Shown here in pieces: positions 26,632-41,477 of a stretch of DNA of 64,000 nt. Below the pieces are notes generated by a model that was not told where the DNA came from, ran no database searches, and saw only the letters and a program-made list of their open reading frames with translations. The position numbers and the translations under genes were made by a program. Source of the DNA: Eledone cirrhosa (Eukaryota); the NCBI GenBank assembly GCA_964016885.1, contig OZ024741.1:159216001-159280000 (forward strand), given 5' to 3'. The first letter of the stretch is position 1. Every line of letters starts with the position of its first letter.

Positions 26632-27776
26632 ATCATCATCATCATCGTTTAACGTCCCTGTTCCACGCTTGCATGGGTTTGGACGGGGGTTTTCCCACTT
26701 GAGGCAAGAGTGGTTGTCTTGCTCGCATAGGACTGTCTGGCAGGTTTTCTACAGCTGGATGCCCTTCCTAACACCAACAACATTTACAGTGTGGGGCTGG
26801 GAGGTTTTTACCGTGTTGCCTACACGGCCACATTACAGCGTAGACTGTGTGTTTTTTGTCGTGACATCTACACGATCTCATTTGTTTCGGCCTGAATGTT
26901 CTGGCACCAACATAACTTTGCATTGAAGGGGGCGGTGTGGATGGGGTGGGACGGGGGTGTATTTTGTTAGAGATGCCTACTGACTAGTAGGTTTTACTTT
27001 GTATTTAGGTAAGGCGGGTCTTCTCTGTTACTGAGTACCGCCAAAGGTCTCGGTCCAGTGACATTGTCTTGGAGAGGTGTAAGTGTGTGAGGTCGGAATT
27101 TATCAGCTCGTCCCAGGTTTTCCTGGGTCTGCCTTCTCCGTCGCTACCATCTATCTTTATTGCCCTGCACTTTGTTATACAGCTGTCGTCTTTCATGCGC
27201 ATCACGTGACCATACCAACGTAGCCTTCTCTCGAGTAAACAACATCTGATCCCTCTCATTTTTAATTTTTTCCTTAGTTCGTTTATGCTTTGCCGTTCAC
27301 GTATATTACTATTACACATCCAGCGGAGCATGCAAGCTTCGTTGCTCTCTAGTCTGCGTATATCCTCTGCACACAATGCCCAGGTCTCACTGCCATGCAA
27401 CATTGCTGTTCGTATGCAGGCATCATACAACCTGCCTTTCATTTTTAGGGAGAACCCTTTAGCGGCTAATAGTGGTATAAGCTCTCTGAACTTTTTCCAT
27501 CCAGTTCTGACTCTAGCTACTGTACTTTCAGAGCACCCTCCCCCACTGCTGATTGTGTCACCCAGGTAACAGGAGCTGTCCACTAATTCTATAGAACCCT
27601 CTGCGCAATTGCAAGAGCTAGTATTTTGTGGACACTTGCTGCTACGTATTGCACCAGAGCACCGGCGACATGTAAAATCTATGTTCTTAGTTAGCTTATT
27701 ATCCGGGTGACCATGGTGTGTCCCACTGTACCGGAGGCTTTCAGCATCTCAGCAACTGTTTCCGAATGCCAAGCCT
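26632..27776 (-). mobile_element. RTE subfamily A copy with a large internal deletion of the RT core
   Basis: 3' UTR and C-terminal ORF 27005-27583 are present; at ~27700 KLTKNID-coding sequence is joined directly to GHTMVTR-coding sequence. Confidence 0.92.
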
Positions 27777-27778
27777 TC

Positions 27779-27830
<52 letters not shown>

Positions 27831-27836
<6 letters not shown>

Positions 27837-27929
27837 ATACTTTGGGAGGGTCATGTTGCCAATAAGAAACATATCGGTTTCAACACACGATTTCAGATAA
27901 AGAATCTTGCTAAACAAATTCAGAAACGA
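27831..27929. mobile_element. Minimal family-1 Penelope-like insertion (inverted 40-bp end plus tail)
   Basis: GTTATACTTTGGGAGGGTCATGTTGCCAATAAGAAAC is joined to ATATCGGTTTCAACACACG...CAGAAACG; both parts match 2792-3358. Confidence 0.8.
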
Positions 27930-30160
<2,231 letters not shown>

Positions 30161-30163
<3 letters not shown>

Positions 30164-30589
30164 AGGGTGTTAAAGTTTGCTTGAAGCATTGTGAAATGTG
30201 TAAAATACGTAGTTTAGAAAGCCACAACAATGCAGAGGGAAATCTCGAGGTAGGAAGTGAATGATAGATAAGAGAAATAGGAGAAAGTGAAAATAGAGAG
30301 AGACAAAGATGAAAACAAAACAAAGGTAGAAGGGTTACCGTAGTGGAGATTTAATCCCAATATTTCGGGCTCACGCCCATCAACAGGGGAAAGTTCCAAA
30401 GGGGGGGAACAGGCTTAGCTTAGCCTGTTCCCCCCCTTTGGAACTTTCCCCTGTTGATGGGCGTGAGCCCGAAATATTGGGATTAAATCTCCACTACGGT
30501 AACCCTTCTACCTTTGTTTTGTTTTCATCTTTGTCTCTCTCTATTTTCACTTTCTCCTATTTCTCTTATCTATCATTCACTTCCTACCT
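30161..30589. mobile_element. Young fold-back element (family 2) with 168-bp arms and hammerheads
   Basis: 30248-30415 is the reverse complement of 30422-30589 with no mismatch seen; 30161-30247 is the unpaired tail. Confidence 0.8.
30447..30482 (+). ncRNA. Minimal type I hammerhead-like motif (inverted copy at 30355-30390)
   Basis: TCCC-CTGTTGA-T-GGGC-GTGA-GCCC-GAAA-TATT-GGGA: stem I, core with an A6>U variant, GNRA-capped stem II, palindromic stem III. Confidence 0.65.
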
Positions 30590-30868
30590 ATAGTGTGCGG
30601 GAGAGAAGACTGTATTGATATGGATATGTGATGCACATGGAGGACGACCGCTGGGTAAAAAAGTGCCAAGAAATCCCAGTAGAAGGAAGACACGGTAGAG
30701 GAAGACCAGGAAAAACATGGGCGGAGGTGGTGAGAGTTGATCTCAGATTGCTGATGTTCACGGAGGAGATGATGAAGGACCGTGACGAATGGAGAGATGC
30801 TGCGCTGAATAGGACTCGTCCCACCATTGCAAGCAGGGAAAAGTGGACGTAAAATGATGATGATGATG
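30590..30868 (+). mobile_element. RTE subfamily B 3' fragment (short 3' end)
   Basis: [15 protein letters not shown]...GRGRPGKTW; the ORF runs up to GGACGTAAAA(TGA)n. Confidence 0.9.
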
Positions 30869-31094
30869 TCTGTCTTAGTTCTAGTACAGACAGTTGACGA
30901 TTGGCTTTGTTTTTACGAATGTATTCTTTATGAGTTTGGATTTCAATGGTCTTATCCACTTGATGTTTTGTTTATTGTTGGCTTTGTTTTCTGAGTGTAA
31001 TAGTTACATATAGGGCATTTGTTCTGGGTGTGTATGCATTCAGATTTGTGTGTTTGATTGTCTTACTTGCTTGTTTGCGTATATATATATAATA

Positions 31095-31320
31095 AAATGT
31101 TGTAGTTTGCTTGAAGCATTATATATAATATATAACTTTGAAAGAGATAGAAGGCTAAACAATGCAAAATGGACTGTAAGATGAGGTAACGAAAAGTAAA
31201 AGTAACAGATAAAAGAACAACAACAACAAAAGAAAAAAACAAAGATTACCAGGTAACTTTTACTTTTCGTTACCTCATCTTCCAGTCCATTTTGCATTGT
31301 TTAGCCTTCTATCTCTTTAA
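31095..31320. repeat. Fold-back related to family 2 (63-bp arms)
   Basis: 31141-31203 pairs with 31256-31318. Shares GTTTGCTTGAAGCATT and AACAATGCA with 30175-30235. Confidence 0.75.
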
Positions 31321-31322
31321 AC

Positions 31323-31361
<39 letters not shown>

Positions 31362-31363
<2 letters not shown>

Positions 31364-34197
31364 GATCCGGGGAACACACAAGCCAGGTAGATTATATCCT
31401 TACCAGAAGACGTGACACAGTGTCTGTTGTAAACACCAAATCCCTCCCCCATGAAGAATGCACCTCCCAACATAGACTGATAATTAGCGACCTCATAGTC
31501 AGGACGAGACGTACTCGACAGCAGAAGAGAACTATCCTCAGGAGAAAAATATGGAAGCTAAAGGACCCCACAGCCAGGAAGAAATTTCAAAGCATATTAC
31601 TTGATGCTTTCGACAGTAAGGAAGAACATTTAGAGTCGGACAATATAGAGGGAGAGTGGGAATTTCTGAAAGCAAACCTGCTGTTGGCGACAGACGAAGT
31701 CTGTGGCTGGAGCAGGCCTGTAGGCAGGAGGAGAGTAACATGGTGGTGGAACAGTAAGGTGGAGGGGTCAATTAAGGCCAAAAAGCAGGCTTGGAAAGTA
31801 TGGCGGGATGGGGGAAGTAGAGAAGACTATCAAGTGGCCAGGAGGGAAGCTAGGAGACAAGTGTACTTAGCAAGAAGGGAAGCTGAGGAAAGAAAGTTCA
31901 AGCATGTTCTACAACGCGATGACCAAAAACGTGAGGTGTTCAGGATTGCTAGGCAATGCGTCAAGGAAAACCGTGATATTGTCGGGGAGAAGTGTGTACT
32001 AAACGACGATGGCATACTTGCCATCACCGACGCTGATAAGAAGGTAGCTTGGAAGTGTCACTACGAAAGGCTACTAAATGAGGAGAATAAATGGGAGAAA
32101 GACAGTCTCACCCATATCGACCCAATAGAGGGACCAGCAGTGTTAGTCGAGGGGAGTATAATAAGTAAGGCAATCAAGGATATGAAGACTGGTAAGGCGG
32201 CTGGGCCTTCGGAAATAGTTGCTGAGATGCTGAAGGCATCTGGCACGGTGGGACACACCATGGTCACCCGCATAGTTAACCAAGTCGTACAGAACGGGGT
32301 TGTTCCGAAGGACTGGCATAGCAGCATCATCGTTAACTGTTATAAGGGTAAAGGAGACGCCCTAGATAGGAGTAACTATAGAGGCATTAAATTAATCGAC
32401 CAGGTCATGAAGGTCACGGAAAAAGTAATAGCGCAACTAATCAGAGAGAGAATCGACCTAGATGAAATGCAGTTCGGGTTTGTGTCAGGCAAAAGTACCA
32501 CAGACGCTCTTTTCATAGTACGACAACTACAGGAGAAGTACCTAGCTAAAGGTAAACCCCTCTACTTAGCTTTTGTCGACTTGGAGAAAGCCTTCGACAG
32601 AGTCCCCCGCTCCATTATCTGGTGGGCTCTTAGAAAACTAGGCGTTGACGAATGGCTTGTGAGGGCTATACAAGCCATGTATAAAGAACAGTCAGCAAGG
32701 TTAGAATTAACAACGAATATAGTGAATAGTTTAGCGTAAAAGTTGGCGTCCATCAGGGCTCTGTTCTCAGCCCCCTACTATTTATTATTGCCCTTCAGGC
32801 CATAACAGAGGAGTTCAAGACAGGCTGCCCATGGGAACTCCTATACGCAGACGACCTGACACTCATAGCGGATTCAATGGCCGAGCTAGAGAAGAAATTC
32901 CAAACATGGAAGCACGGCCTAGAGTCAAAAGGACTTAAAATTAACCTGGCTAAGACCAAAGTTCTAGTTTGTAGGAAAGAAAACAAGGCAGCGGTCCCTT
33001 CTGGGAAATGGTCGTGCTCGGTGTGTAGGAAAGGCGTAGGTAGAAACTCCATTTTATGTCCTAAATGCAAAGTATGGGTGCATAAAAGATGTAGTGGGAT
33101 CACAGGTAAGCTAACTAAGAACATAGATTTTACATGTGGCCGGTGTTCTGGTGCAATAAGTAGCAGCAAGTGCCCACAAAATACTAGCTCTTTCAATTGC
33201 GCAGAGGGTTCTATAGAAATAGTGGACAGCTTCCGTTACCTGGGCGATAAAATCAGCAGTGGGGGAGGGTGCTCTGAAAGTACTGTAGCTAGAGTCAGAA
33301 CTGGTTGGAAAAAGTTCAGAGAGCTTATACCACTATTAGCTGCTAAAGGGTTCTCCCTAAAAATGAAAGGCAGGTTGTACGATGCCTGCATACGAACAGC
33401 AATGCTGCATGGCAGTGAGACCTGGGCATTGTGTGCAGAGGATATACGCAGACTAGAGAGGAACGAAGCTTGCATGCTCCGCTGGATGTGTAACAGTAAT
33501 ATACGTGAACGGCAAAGCATAAACGAACTAAGGAAAAAATTAGAGATAAGAGGGATCAGATGTTGTTTACTCGAGAGAAGGCTACGTTGGTATGGACACG
33601 TGATGCGCATGAAAGTCGATAGCTGTATAACAAAGTGCAGGGCAATAAAGATAGACGGTAGTCACGGAATAGGCAGACCTAGAAAAACCTGGGACGAGCT
33701 GATAAACTCCGACATCACACACTTACACCTCTCCAAGACAATGTCACTGGACCGAGACCTTTGGCGGTACTCAGTAACAGAGAAGACCCGCCTTACCTAA
33801 ATATATAGTAAAACCTACTCCAACCAGTAGGCATCTCTAACAAAATACACCCCGTCCCACCACCACCACCCCCACCCCATCCACACCACCCCCTCCTATG
33901 TAAAGTTATGTTGGTGCCGCGCCATAGGCCGAAACAAATGAGATCGTGTAGGTGTCACGACAAAAAAATACACAGTCCACGCTGTAATGTGGCCGTGTAG
34001 GCAACACGGTAAAAACCTCCCAGACCCACACTGTAAATGTGGTTGGTGTTAGGAAGGGCATCCAGCTGTAGAAAACCTGCCAGACAGTCCTATGCGAGCA
34101 AGTCAATCACTCTTGCCTCAAGTGGGACTACCCCCGTCCAAACCCATGCAAGCCTGGAACACGGACGTTAAACGTTGATGATGATGATGATGATGAT
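31362..34197 (+). mobile_element. RTE subfamily A, longest copy (end of APE endonuclease plus RT), single frameshift
   Basis: SQVDYIL...SQHRLI (APE C-terminus), VTWWWN, complete RT; a 1-bp deletion at ~32687 splits ORFs 31420-32739 and 32877-33800; nearly identical to 23594-25875. Confidence 0.95.
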
Positions 34198-34252
34198 AAT
34201 GCATGTGTATGTATATTTATGGTGAGTAGACAATAATGGTCTTATTTATGTG

Positions 34253-34283
<31 letters not shown>

Positions 34284-34418
34284 GTGTATTTATGTGTATA
34301 TATATATATATTTATGTATATATATATATATTTATGTATATATATATATATATTTATGTATATATATATATATTTATGTATATATATATATATATTTATG
34401 TATATATATATATATATT

Positions 34419-34504
<86 letters not shown>

Positions 34505-34547
34505 TATATATATGTGTATTTATGTGTATATATATATATATTTATGT

Positions 34548-34619
<72 letters not shown>

Positions 34620-34665
34620 GATGATGATGATGATGATATATATATATATATATATAAATATATAT

Positions 34666-35604
34666 CGCTGGTACCGTCATCGATTCTCAATCAAACATCC
34701 TAATCACCGTTTTGTGACCACGCTCGCCAACAAGACCTGGCAACTCCGTGAACGCAACCAATACTTCACCTTAAAATGGGATATACTTTCCAGCGCAAGT
34801 GCATATCGGAGTGGATTGAAGTACTGCAGGTTATGTAACCTTGAACTCTGTTACATATTAAAATCCAAAAACAAACTACTTAACGATAGAATTGAACGAT
34901 CATTATACTGCAACCACAAACTAAAAGCTAAATTCTCTCACTATAAAATAACTTAACATTCGAACCCGTAACTATAACATCGCTTTCTAGCTAACCACCT
35001 TCTCTTCCCCCACACTACAAGACAATACACTGCTTATCACTATAAATGCTAACTCAGTGCAATTCACAGATTACTACTACAAACTCAAAGTTCACTCACC
35101 ACATAAACTTCGTCTGTCCCCTCTCTACCTCTCTCTCTACATCCATTACACTCTCTCTCGCCTTTGGCCTACCTCCCTCTCCACATCTATGAACCTGCCC
35201 TCTGGGGCAATATATAATTCCGACCTTACCTATCAACGCATCTCTCCAAAAGTAACCAGTATAATAAAAACCCTACCATAACATTTTGATTAAGATATCT
35301 ACAAACCACTCTCTCCTACTTCTCCAAGCCCTGCATATCTTTCTTTCTCTCTCCCACTCCCCTACTTTTCTCTCTTCCTTTTCTACTCTATCTTCCCCAA
35401 CAACCCCACTTAAGGGTATTTACATTGTACATTTTACCATTCTGCTCTGAGGATACAGTGGTCACAGCATTGGATATTTGAGTTCTGCAAATACTTGTAA
35501 ATTTGCACAGAGCATAACTAGGCTGTAGTACCACCGTGGAAACATTTGTAAGCACACGGAATAAATTACCTTTTTATTATGTCTACCTGTTATTATTCAT
35601 TCTT
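34666..35604 (+). mobile_element. Penelope-like element 3' portion (GIY-YIG C-terminal Cys/His region plus UTR)
   Basis: HRFSIKH...[10 protein letters not shown]...LKWDIL...Y...CRLCNLE...LLNDR.E...CNH matches PLE endonuclease C-termini as recalled; hammerhead and AATAAA follow; flanked by (TA)n. Confidence 0.8.
35443..35554 (+). ncRNA. Type I hammerhead ribozyme motif with an extended (~85-nt) stem II
   Basis: TGCT-CTGAGGA-[TACAGTGG...CCACCGTG]-GAAAC-ATTT-GTA-AGCA; GUA cleavage triplet. Confidence 0.7.
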
Positions 35605-35782
35605 TATATATATATATATATATATATAAGCAAAGAGATATTTAATTTGTTGGTAATTCAACAAATATATTTATAACAGATTCAAAGCACTCGGCAGATT
35701 TTCTGGAGTATAATACCAAACCGAACTTGAACCGTTAAGGTCTGATTCCTGGGTATGTCACTATTTATAAAACAAACTTTGT

Positions 35783-35841
35783 ATTTTATCTGATGAGAGC
35801 GTAGCAAAGTTTTGGTACCCTTGAAATATATATAATAGAAT
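35783..35841 (+). ncRNA. Type I hammerhead ribozyme motif in a separate TA-flanked fragment (35628-35885)
   Basis: ATTTTAT-CTGATGA-GAG..CAAAGTTTTGGTACCCTT-GAAA-TATATATA-ATAGAAT: 7-bp stem I, decayed stem II, palindromic stem III. Confidence 0.65.
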
Positions 35842-35955
35842 AAATATGGTTTTATAAATATAGTTTCCATTTATTAATATCATTGATATATATATATATA
35901 TATATCATTATTATAAGGGCGGTGGATTGACAATATCCGTAGAGTGTCAGACACC

Positions 35956-36004
<49 letters not shown>

Positions 36005-36008
<4 letters not shown>

Positions 36009-37130
36009 TGGGCCTGCTCTGTGCATACACAGAGCAGGCGCACTCACTCAAGCCATGTTCGCCTCTCTCATCCATCTTTCATCAAGTTGCTGGGAAGGGA
36101 GCACTTTCCTCACCACCCTGATTTTCCTTTTCAAATGAAATTTGAAAAAGTTAATCAGGGTATCACCGAAGAGGTAAGTGCTCATCTTCAGCCCTTTCAA
36201 ACACATCTACAACACAACCTCTTTCGCCATGGCCACCAGGCAGATAAAACTGCCTGCCCTTCCCAGCTAGAGGAAGGCGGCGAGGCAATCCTCACGATGG
36301 ACTCAGATGATAGCTGGATCCATCCTACATGTGACAGCAGGTGTTTGACATAAACCCCACAAGTCAGCAATGCTCGGACACTGGACGAGTGTGTGCAGGA
36401 TGGTTTCGTCGCCCTGCACGCATCTTGGACAGGTCCGGATATGGCACTTTCATGCATGCAGAGTTTATCCTGAACTGGCAAAGCTCCTCGGTAGCACTGC
36501 TAGGCCAGGGATTTCTGGACGCAGTCCATGGGCCGTGGCCTGAAAGTTTTCCCAAAAAGATTGGCTGGTTGATTTTTGTCGAGGCCCAGAGTCTCCCCAA
36601 GGATGTTGTCACTCTTTCCCTCCACTAACCCTCTATAGAACGCCAAGGTGGAGTTTCCACCAATAGCATCGCTCGGCTGGTTGAGGGGTGTGAGCGCCTG
36701 AAGACATTCCATTCTCCAAGCGCTTCCTCTCAGTCTTAGCTTGACCCAGGCCTGCAGCTCCATCAAGGAGACGAGGTGGGGAAAAACGCGTCTAGCAAAT
36801 GGCGACCACACCTACTCACCGTCGTGAAAGAGTTGGGGATGCCATAGCCTGAGCACATGTCTGCGTATCATCAGCCATGACATGCCGAGTCCTCCGCGTA
36901 GCGGGTGTTGACAGCAGATGGTCCACCTAACCAACGGAGCGCATCCCTTCCACAAAAAGCAAAAGAGCATACACTCCAGTGAAGTTAGGTGAGGCTTAGG
37001 ACAAGGCAAGACGGCGGGCAGTAGCAAATGATGGACGCGATGTACGCGTTCACCACCTCCGCTCAACCTTTCAGGGATAGCTTCCTCTCAGCCATTTCTG
37101 GGTGAGAGAGGCCACTCTGCTCATCACTTC
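36005..37130 (-). pseudogene. Tx1/L1-clade LINE ORF2 C-terminal remnant
   Basis: LFCFLWKG...PLVR...CCQHPLRGGLGM and a CPRC...ETILH...QC zinc knuckle across frameshifts; GC-rich. Confidence 0.8.
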
Positions 37131-37169
37131 AATAATAATAATAATAATCAAGAAAAAATTATTATTATT

Positions 37170-37470
37170 GACCTGTAACCCCTGATGGAGTCATAGGGGT
37201 GTTGTTACAACATACAGCATGTCTTGGATACTTTAAATCTAGTAGAGCCAATCCCTCTCCTAGTCTGATTGCAGTCGATATCTTCCAGAAAAAGAAGTAG
37301 AGAGTGAGAAAGAGATATAGAGGAAGAATTCACCCCTGTACTGGACTGGTACTGTTTTTATCAACTTCTACAAGATGAAAAGCCAAGTGGAATCAGTGGG
37401 ATTTGCACACAGAGAGCTGGAATGAATCCTGCAAAATACTTTGTCCAACATTCTAACGACTCTGTCAACA
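37170..37470 (-). mobile_element. SINE with the common head and core but an alternative long 3' tail (second copy 45800-46090)
   Basis: SINE core and head at 37325-37470 are preceded on + by a ~150-bp segment homologous to 45800-45960. Confidence 0.6.
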
Positions 37471-38299
37471 ACATTTAATATTATTTTATATAAATGTAAA
37501 AGATTGTTAAGCCCTATATTGGACCTTAAAAGATCAGAGTCTAAATTTGGTTTTCGAGATTTGTATTCAAAGGCCAGTAAATTTGCGGGAAGGGGAAAGT
37601 TGATTTAAATCAAACCCAGTACTTGACTACAACTTTCTTTTATTGACCCTGGAAGGATGAAAGGTAAAGTTGACTTCAGCAGGATTTGAACTCAGAATGT
37701 AAAGATAGAGAACAAATACCATGAAGCATTTGTCCAATGCTTCAATTCTGACAATGTACCACCTCAATATAAACTGCTCTAGAAAACTGTGTATAATCAA
37801 ACATGGCAGGGCAATAATTAATGGTAAACAGAACTAAGAAAATAAAACTATTTTATAAATATTGATGTCAGTATTAGAAGGACATTAGACCAAAAAATTG
37901 TGGTATTTGATAAGCGTTCAAACTGCAACCTAATCAATTTTGCTTTCCATTCTTTCGGGGTCAATAAAATAGACAACAGACACTGGATAGCAAGATGGCT
38001 TATCATTGATAACATTCCCAGATGGTCTGGTGGTAACTGCATATATATATATAAAGCAGTATGTCATTTGAAGGTTACAACAGTTCAAAATTGATGGTAG
38101 ATTTCAGAAGAAATTGAAGGCAATAATGTTGGTGCATCACCTGTTATTTTATTTACCTGTCCCAATATTTCATATCTAAACCCCTTTGTTAGAAGACTCT
38201 AAGAAACTGGGTCAGAGTTTGTGTATAGTTGTAGTTATCGATCTTATATTTTTCTTGCCGGAAGTGACATCGTCTGTGGACTGATGTGTATAATACGTC

Positions 38300-38790
38300 A
38301 ACATTTTTTTTAATGCAAATGTTGCATCAAGCTGCAATAGATTGGATAGTTTAGCTATTCTGGATTGAGTTGCATCAATAAGTTGAATATTGTGTGTACA
38401 GTTGTAATTGTCTTTGAGTTAGCTATTATGCATATGTGCATTATTATGTCAGAAGTTATGTCTGTGCACTTTATGTTAAGTATTGTATGCAGAGTTCTAA
38501 TCTGTTGTTGATTTGTGGTTTTATCCTAGCTATTAGTATTCTTTCTATGATTCTATGGTTACCTAAGTTCCTCTCCCTGGCTCCAATAATAACTGTTGTT
38601 TTTGCATTTGTCTAAGTGTGTATTGAGATTTTCTTTAATGTGGGTGTGGGGAGATCTAATGGTCCTACCGATGTAAAAGTCCCTGCATTTGTCACATTGA
38701 ATGCAGTATATTACATATGTTTATTGGCACATACATGTGTCACGAATGGGGCAGTTTGCTGTTGTTCTCCCTGGGCTGCTTTGTCAATAT
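38300..38790 (-). pseudogene. Penelope-like GIY-YIG endonuclease remnant (third family)
   Basis: 38655-38717 on the minus strand reads YVIYCIQCDKCRDFYIGRTIR, preceded by CPIRDTCMC. Confidence 0.7.
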
Positions 38791-39239
38791 ATATATATCA
38801 TCAACATTTAGCATCTGTTTTCTCTGCAAGCAAGAGCTGGACATGTCATCATAGACTAGTCAGTACCTTACTAAGCCTCTGACATCCAGGTAGATTTTAT
38901 CATGGCACCAACACTAAAGAAGTTGTCATGTCTTTGACACAGCTGAAGAGTCATCCCCATCTTTTATTTGCCAGGTTTTCTACAGCTGAATGTCCTTCCT
39001 ATCACTAACCCCTTTACAGAGTGTAGAGAGTGCATTTATCATGTTCACCAATACTAGACGCATTGTCATTCCCTCAACACAAGTAGAGAATACTCTTGAC
39101 CCATTTTGGCATTGTTACTACACCAGGGTGCTCTTCCTGTCACCAACATATATACATATACACACATATAACTAACACAAAGAAAATATATCATCATCAT
39201 TTAGCATCTGTTTTTCCTGCTAGAAAGTGTATGTGTGCA

Positions 39240-41219
39240 TCATCATCATCATCATCAACGTTTAACGTCCGTGTTCCACGCTTGCATGGGTTTGGACGGG
39301 GGTTTTCCCACTTGAGGCAAGAGTGATTGTCTTGCTCGCATAGGACTGTCTGGCGGGTTTTCTACAGTTGGATGCCCTTCCTAACACCAACCACATTTAC
39401 AGTGTGGGTCTGGGAGGTTGTTACCGTGTTGCCTACACGGCCACATTACAGCGTGGACTGTGTTTTTTTGTCGTGACACCTACACGATCTCATTTGTTTC
39501 GGCCTGGATGGTGAGGCACCAACATAACTTTACATAGAAGGGGGCGGTGTGGATGGGGTGCGTGTGTGTGTGGGGGGGGGGGGGGTATTTTGTTAGAGAT
39601 GCCTACTGACTGTAGTAGGTTTTACTTTGTATTTAGGTAAGGTGGGTCTTCTCTATTACTGAGTACCGCCAAAGGTCTCGGTCCAGTAACATTGTCTTGG
39701 TGAGGTGTAAGTGTGTGAGGTCGGAGTTTATCAGCTCGTCCCAGGTTTTTCTGGGTCTGCCTATTCCGTGGCTACCGTCTATCTTTATTGCCCTGCACTT
39801 TGTTATACAGCTATCGTCCTTCATGCGCATCACGTGACCATACCAACGTAGCCTTCTCTCTAGTAAACAACATCTGATCCCTCTTATTTCTAATTTTTTC
39901 CTTAGTTCGTTTATGCTTTGTCGTTCACGTATATTACTATTACACATCCAGCGGAGCATGCAAGCTTCGTTTCTCTCTAGTCTGCGTATATCCTCTGCAC
40001 ACAATGCCCAGGTCTCACTGCCATGCAACATTGCTGTTCGTATGCAGGCATCGTACAACCTGCCTTTCATTTTTAGGGAGAACCCTTTAGCGGCTAATAG
40101 TGGTATAAGCTCTCTGAACTTTTTCCACCCAGTTCTGACTCTAGCTACTGTACTTTCAGAGCACCCTCCCCCACTGCTGATTTTGTCACCCAGGTAACGG
40201 AAGCTGTCCACTATTTCTATAGAACCCTCTGCGCAGTTGAAAGAGCTAGTATTTTGTGGGCACTTGCTGCTACTTATTGCCCCAGAACACCGGCCACATG
40301 TAAAATCTATGTTCTTAGTTAGCTTACCTGTGATCCCACTACATCTTTTATGAACCCAAACTTTGCATTTGGGACACAAAATGGAATTTCTACCTACGCC
40401 TTTCCTACACTCTGCGCATGGCCACTTCCCGGAGGGGACCGCCGCCTTATTTTCTTTCTTACAAACTAGAACTTTAGTCTTAGCCAGGTTAATTTTAAGG
40501 CCTTTTGATTCTAGCCCGTGCTTCCATGTTTGGAATTTCTTCTCTAGCTCGGCCATTGATTCAGCTATGAGCGTTAGATCATCTGCGTATAGGAGTTCCC
40601 ATGGGCAGCCGGTCTTGAACTCCACTGTTATAGCCTGGAGGGCAATAATAAATAGTAGGGGGCTAAGAACAGAGCCCTGATGAACACCAACTTTTACACT
40701 AAACTCTTCACTATATTCGTTGTTAATTCTAACCTTGCTGACTGTTTCTTTATACATGGCTTGTATAGCTCTCACAAGCCATTCATCAACACCTAGTTTT
40801 CTAAGAGCCCACCAGATAATGGAACGGGGGACTCTGTCGAAGGCCTTCTCCAAGTCGACGAAAGCTAAGTATAGGGGTTTACTTTTAGCTAGGTACTTCT
40901 CCTGTAGTTGTCGTACAATGAAAAGAGCGTCTGTGGTACTTTTTCCTGACACAAACCCGAACTGCATTTCATCTAGATCAATTCGCTCTCTGATTAGTTG
41001 CGCTATTACTTTTTCCGTGACCTTCATGACCTGGTCGATTAATTTAATGCCTCTATAGTTACTCCTATCTAGGGCATCTCCTTTACCCTTATAACAGTTA
41101 ACGATAATGCTGCTACGCCAGTCCTTCGGAACAACCCCACTCTGTATGACTTGGTTGACTATCCGGGTGACCATGGTGTGTCCCACCGTACCAGATGCCT
41201 TCAGCATCTCGGCAACTAT
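39240..41219 (-). mobile_element. RTE subfamily A copy, 5'-truncated, uninterrupted RT ORF
   Basis: The homologous part of ORF 39633-41315 starts at IVAEMLKASG; full 3' UTR and (GAT)n tail; 5' end abuts TA-rich sequence. Confidence 0.95.
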
Positions 41220-41422
41220 TATATATGTAAATACTATATACATATAAATACTATATACAAATAAATACTTAGAAAATGTAGAAAATCTACAGCGCACAAA
41301 AATAACTGTAAACACAGCTTAGAAAATTGCGTAAAATATTCTTATATACAGAAAAAGTGACCAGCAGCCACTGCAGAGAAACAAACTCTGTACTGCTCAA
41401 ATCTATATACAAAATATTGTCA

Positions 41423-41471
<49 letters not shown>

Positions 41472-41477
<6 letters not shown>

